DNA of 64,000 nucleotides from Perkinsus chesapeaki ATCC PRA-425 (Eukaryota; Protista; Perkinsozoa): NCBI GenBank assembly GCA_013115145.1, contig JAAPAO010000076.1, positions 1 to 64,000 of the forward strand, read 5' to 3'. Shown piece by piece: positions 59,701 to 64,000 of this stretch (position 1 is its first letter; each line of letters starts with the position of its first letter). The notes under the pieces were generated by a model. It saw only the letters and a program-made list of their open reading frames with translations, ran no database searches and was not told where the DNA came from. The position numbers and the translations under genes were made by a program.

Positions 59701-62200
59701 TAAGAGAGTATTTCCATTCGATGGAATGGGTGGTGTATCTCGTTACGGCTCTGATATAATGCCGGTATTTTTGGTACGACTACTCGGCGTACTGATATCA
59801 TTTGAGATTGAATGGAGCATCGATGTGAAAACGATTTGTCATTGTCAGGCCGATGAGATGGCAAAGCGCTCAAACGGAGAGATATGCAAGGAAGTGTTGG
59901 CGGCTTGGAAGAGGAGGGCAGAGAGAGTTCATGAGGTTGTGGATGTAATAGGGATTATTGACGAGGGACTTTATGCATATTTTATTTTGGAATGCTGTGG
60001 CGGCGCCGGCCCAACCTTCATCTACAACTATATTCAGTAGAGATGATAGTTCACTTTAATTTTCGGCGCCACCAGTGCTGTATGGGTGACGTGTTCGTTC
60101 TGTGTGAGAGGCATTCGTACTGGTTGCAGGCATTGAACGGGGCGAGTACAGAGGAGTCTTTGACGGCGGTGTTGAGCGAATGTTGTTATGATGAAGATTT
60201 GTCGAGGAGAGCTGGATCTGATACTTTAAGGAGAGCAAAGGAGAGATTAGCAAGGATTAGGTAGGGATATCTTGGATGTTGTAGGAGTATCTTAAGTTGG
60301 TTGGGGTTTTATGTAGGAATATCTTAGGTTGGTTAGGGTTTTATGTAGGAGTATCTTAGGTTGGTTAAGGTTTTATGTAGGAGTATCTTAGGTTGGTTAG
60401 GGTTTTATGTAGGAGTATCTTAGGTTGGTTAGGGTTTTATGTAGGAGTATCTTAGGTTAGTTAGGGTTTTATGTAGGAGTATCTTAGGTTGGTTAGGGTT
60501 TCATGTAGGAGTATCTTAGGTTGGTTAGGGTTTTATGTAGGAGTATCTTAGGTTGGTTAGGGTTTTATGTAGGAATATCTTAGGTTGGTTAGGGTTTTAT
60601 GTAGGAATATCTTAGGTTGGTTAGGGTTTTATGTAGGAATATCTTAGGTTGGTTAGGGTTTTATGTAGGAGTACACGGTATGAGGTTGATCAAGAGTTCA
60701 TATGGGAGTATCTTAGGTTGAACGATGCTATTCGCAAGAGTACCTCAACTCCTTCTGAACTAAGAGATCTCTGGCGTGACGCTGGTCGGCCAGATGATGA
60801 AGAAAGTGCTGTCGGCATGCGGGCATGGAAAAAAGTAAGAAATCGTTCACAACGAGGTTGCGCCGAAATTCCCCTTCAGTCGCTGAAAAGACGAACATTT
60901 GGTTGTTGGTTCGAGGAAGCTCAGGAGCGAGGAGCAATAACTCGCCGGGTAAGAAGGGTTTGTCGAACTGAGAGGGTTAATTTGATAGTACATGTCTTGA
61001 CTCGGTGCCAACTATGCTATTAAATCTTCCTCGAGGAGTTCGGGTTACTGAAATGGGTACGGTTTCAAAATCCGGGTCAAAAACTAACTTGGCATGAAAA
61101 TGGTGTAGATTCTGATGGATTTGATTTTCACAAAGGTCCGCGGTGAACGAGACAATTAGTGTCACAGCGGGGAGTAGCCATTCACCTCGGTACGGATCTG
61201 TTATAAGAAATTTACTCGGTGGACTCTGCCGCCTACTGTCGTGGTTTAAAATGGCCGCAGCTATACGGTAGAATGAGGGGAGCTTATTGCACAGAACTGA
61301 TGACATTATACGTGAAAATACGGGAGATAAATAATCCGCTTATCATTTAACTAAATAGTGATTTCCAAAAAGTATCCAAATTTTCACTCGCTCTTATATT
61401 GTGTGTGTCTCTCTCGTCGACTTGTTGTTGTATTGGTAGGTTCAACGTTGTTTGGGAGACTCGGATGACGTCGGCCTGTTCCATCTAAGAGCCACGCTGG
61501 ATCTGGCAAAGGACCGCGATATTAAGGAAAATGATGTTATTATTGAGGCGGAGCGAAGCTTGGCAAAGTAGGACCAGACGAGCGAAAAGGAGTAGTTGGA
61601 CGAACAGGACCGATCTGTCGATGGAGTTGTCGCGGTCAATCCCATCGTCGACGACTTTGCGTGCGCTGGTGAGAAGCCCGTGGCTGGATTTGGGTGATCC
61701 TGCTGTTGAGGGATTGGTTGATAGAGCGAGTAGGTGTGGGTTGTTAGAGGCAATGTGAGACATTGTGGGGAATGTAGATACTATAAGAGCTAGCGCGGTG
61801 GCGAATAGTGTAGCAGAAAGGGAGGCAAGGGAATTATTGAGGTAGGCGAGGGTTCAAATCCCTGCATGGGTGTTTTAATCTATTTCAGCATTTGGAAGGA
61901 CTTTACCAAGGAGAGGGATGGGCTCCGCAGGAGGCTCATGAAGAGTACAGCGATCGTGAAACTGTTATATTGCTGATCTTCCGTTTTTAGGCCAGGACGT
62001 TGATGAGCTGTCGGACTTGGTAAGGACTCTATCACAACCCGGCAATCGCAATGGTGACCTTCTACAATCGACTGGTGCTAAAGAGAGGCTGATGAAGTTG
62101 GAGTGGATAAAACAGGAAAATGATGCTAGAAGGAACAAGGTAAGGCGGAGTTACTTCGATGGAGTTGTTCCTTTTTGGTCTTCCTTTTTGGAGGCCCATC
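56800..62200 (+). CDS. Large helical repeat protein with Sfi1-like (centrin-binding) Trp motifs (multi-exon; ends approximate)
   Basis: Recurrent motifs ALLASRAFRKWK, LLNEAFGVWADW, AHCDDLRIRRAWRGWKEY, ICKEVLAAWKRR, LKRRTFGCWFEE, alternating with LERLIDVAKYAGV-type helical repeats. Confidence 0.5.
58499..58750 (+). repeat. Intronic 27-bp minisatellite (about 9 units: 24-nt GT..AG plus 3 nt)
   Basis: Consensus gtaatattgggaaaatctttacag plus tgc, starting exactly at the donor site after ..TATGCAAG. Confidence 0.9.
60261..60668 (+). repeat. Intronic 32-bp minisatellite, exactly 12 units (11-nt GAGTATCTTAG plus 21-nt GT..AG)
   Basis: 60285-60668 is 384 nt = 12 x 32. Unit gagtatcttag-gttggttagggttttatgtag. 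The array is preceded by a 24-nt GT..AG segment and the last unit supplies the acceptor. Confidence 0.95.
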
Positions 62201-63462
62201 TCTTAATGCTAGCAGCAGGCTAGGCAGTTCACTCAAGGCCTTAGCGATGGCTTTAGGGCCGAAAATATCGGTATCATAGGAGAAAATAAGTGCAAGGAAT
62301 AGTGGTGTGAAGTTCGGATATTACGTTGTTGTTCAGTTTCAACGATTTGAGAAAAAGTGGGACAGCGAGGGTGAGAAGTGGTCGTTGAATTCTGTGAACA
62401 CTCCACCACCGTCGACACCATCGACACTTAATGCATGGCCAGAGGAGAATAGGATGGGCCTTTATTTCAAGACTAGCATGCCAACTATTACGGCTACGTA
62501 TCCGAGCACACCAGAGAAAAGTAGAGGTAGATAAGGGAGCTGGTGTGTGAGGAACGGTGTTGTCAGATTCCAAGGGAACTCCCTGTACTATGACGCCGTT
62601 CAGTGTGGCATCATTAAAGCATATGAACGATGATAGAAGGTGAGTTGTGGTAGATGGACGCATGTGGTTGTGTTTTCTGAAATTTGAATTATCCATCGGA
62701 CGGACGTACGGGCACTGTGAATGATAGAGAACAGCGTGAAAGCCCGAAACTTAACGGCTACGCTTTTCTTGTGGACTGAGGATGAAGCACACTAGGGCAG
62801 GAGTACTGTGAATAAGTGCATCTTTCTTTCAGTCTATCCCCTCCGCTATCTCCCGATTTTCCAGTAAAGTTTTCGACGAGAACCCCGCCAGTCTCACCTC
62901 GCTCTACAACTTCGTATACTATGACAGATTCCTCGGCCATTTTCGGGCCGCCGGGTAGCAGCTTGTTGAAGCCTCCAATGTCGAGTACCGCGATTCATAG
63001 AAGGGATCAGCATGAGCAATATGAAAGAAGCAAGTTGTTGTTCTCGTCGGAGTAGCAATTCTCTTGAGCTTCGCTTCGCTGTGATTTTGTAAGTTGTCTT
63101 GAAAAATGATGTTTTACGTGTCTGAACCTGGTCGATACAGACCTTCGTTTCACCAAGCCGCCGTTGTTCCCATTGGGTTGCCGCTTCAAGGCGAAGAGGC
63201 TTCCTCTTGGTCAGTACACTATTATTGTAGTTACATAACGACATTTGCTTCCCTCAACAAATCCTCTTTATCACGTTCCTCAGCTGTTGGGTTATTAACC
63301 ATTCTTGGAGTTATCACACATACACTTCGGCGTGCCATCGGTCTAAGGTTCTTAATGCACGCCTTCTATTGATAGACTATTTTCAACCGGTGAGTGATGA
63401 GAGAAGATTACCATTGTTTTTCCTGGTAAGTGAGTTCGTTGCTGATTTTTATTAGTGAGTGA

Positions 63463-63972
63463 CTAGCTCAATGTTAAATTTAAACTGAATCGATTGCTCA
63501 GTCGGATTTGCTCAAGAAAAAATGCACGCTCCTTATGTATCCTTGCTGCTACTTTGCAAGTGGCTCGGAGCGTGAAGCCACGAAGTCGTGTGTTCATGAA
63601 TTTGTCGTTCAGTCGCCAAGGTCCTTCGATGAGATACTTCAATTGAGGCCCGGCTATAAGCGAGATCTGATCACCGGGCGGTAGTGGTGGTACATCAAGA
63701 ACCCCCAGCTGCCCAACAGGGAACCACTCCCCCCCTCGGAACGCCGTTGATGTCGGTGAGTCTCCACTGAAGCTACACCTTTTCAATCTCAAATTCGACA
63801 AAAGAGGAAGTTGAAGAAACAATTTTTCATTGAACAAAAGACCATAATCGTAGAGTATAATTTCAAATTCGTATATGAAACTTGGATGTTCGTAGCTACT
63901 CCTAGAATGAAAATTGAAAATCGTAAAACAAAAATCAGAAATCAAAAACGGAAAGCTGAATGCGTCCAACAC
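63463..63972 (-). CDS. Hypothetical protein fragment (possible LRR-like), probably continuing beyond the window
   Basis: 169-aa ORF containing LFLQLPLLSNLRLKRC. No firm domain call. Confidence 0.25.
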   Translation of the reverse strand: MLDAFSFPFLISDFCFTIFNFHSRSSYEHPSFIYEFEIILYDYGLLFNEKLFLQLPLLSNLRLKRCSFSGDSPTSTAFRGGEWFPVGQLGVLDVPPLPPGDQISLIAGPQLKYLIEGPWRLNDKFMNTRLRGFTLRATCKVAARIHKERAFFLEQIRLSNRFSLNLTLS

Positions 63973-64000
63973 AAGGGCAAATTAATAAAACACAAGGCAT

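Noticed and set aside
58499-60668. 27-bp and 32-bp arrays as CRISPR arrays
   Set aside because: Head-to-tail tandem repeats with no unique spacers, no cas genes, in a eukaryotic intron context.
60285-60668. Interstitial telomere (TTAGGG-like)
   Set aside because: Only one TTAGGG per 32-bp unit. The unit is better explained by splice-junction and exon-derived sequence.

Overview
Gene-dense, intron-rich eukaryotic DNA, most likely from a Perkinsus-type alveolate. This is inferred from a 20/22 match to the Perkinsus spliced leader, short GT-AG and GC-AG introns, and a plastid-type ferredoxin-NADP+ reductase (FNR) with a bipartite leader. Recognisable genes: an intronless TmpA-like flavin/heme membrane oxidoreductase preceded by a relict spliced leader, an Aurora-like kinase, a phosphoglucomutase, a STE/MAP3K-like kinase with a very long activation-loop insert, a WW/B-box protein, a calpain-like protein, an S10 serine carboxypeptidase, IFT139/TTC21B, an XMAP215/TOG-family gene with tRNA-Ser(AGA) nested antisense in one intron, a plant-type FNR that the ORF track shows only as fragments, a K/E-rich repeat protein spanning an assembly gap, and an Sfi1-repeat-like protein. 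Accessory elements: two unlinked 62-67 aa secreted peptides sharing a six-cysteine framework, a tandem pair of small four-cysteine membrane/secreted paralogs with conserved upstream blocks, a Tc1/mariner 5' remnant cut at a perfect hairpin, a TA-flanked foldback MITE, and several tandem repeats whose units are themselves GT...AG mini-introns. All calls were made by eye with no database searches. Ends of multi-exon genes are approximate.
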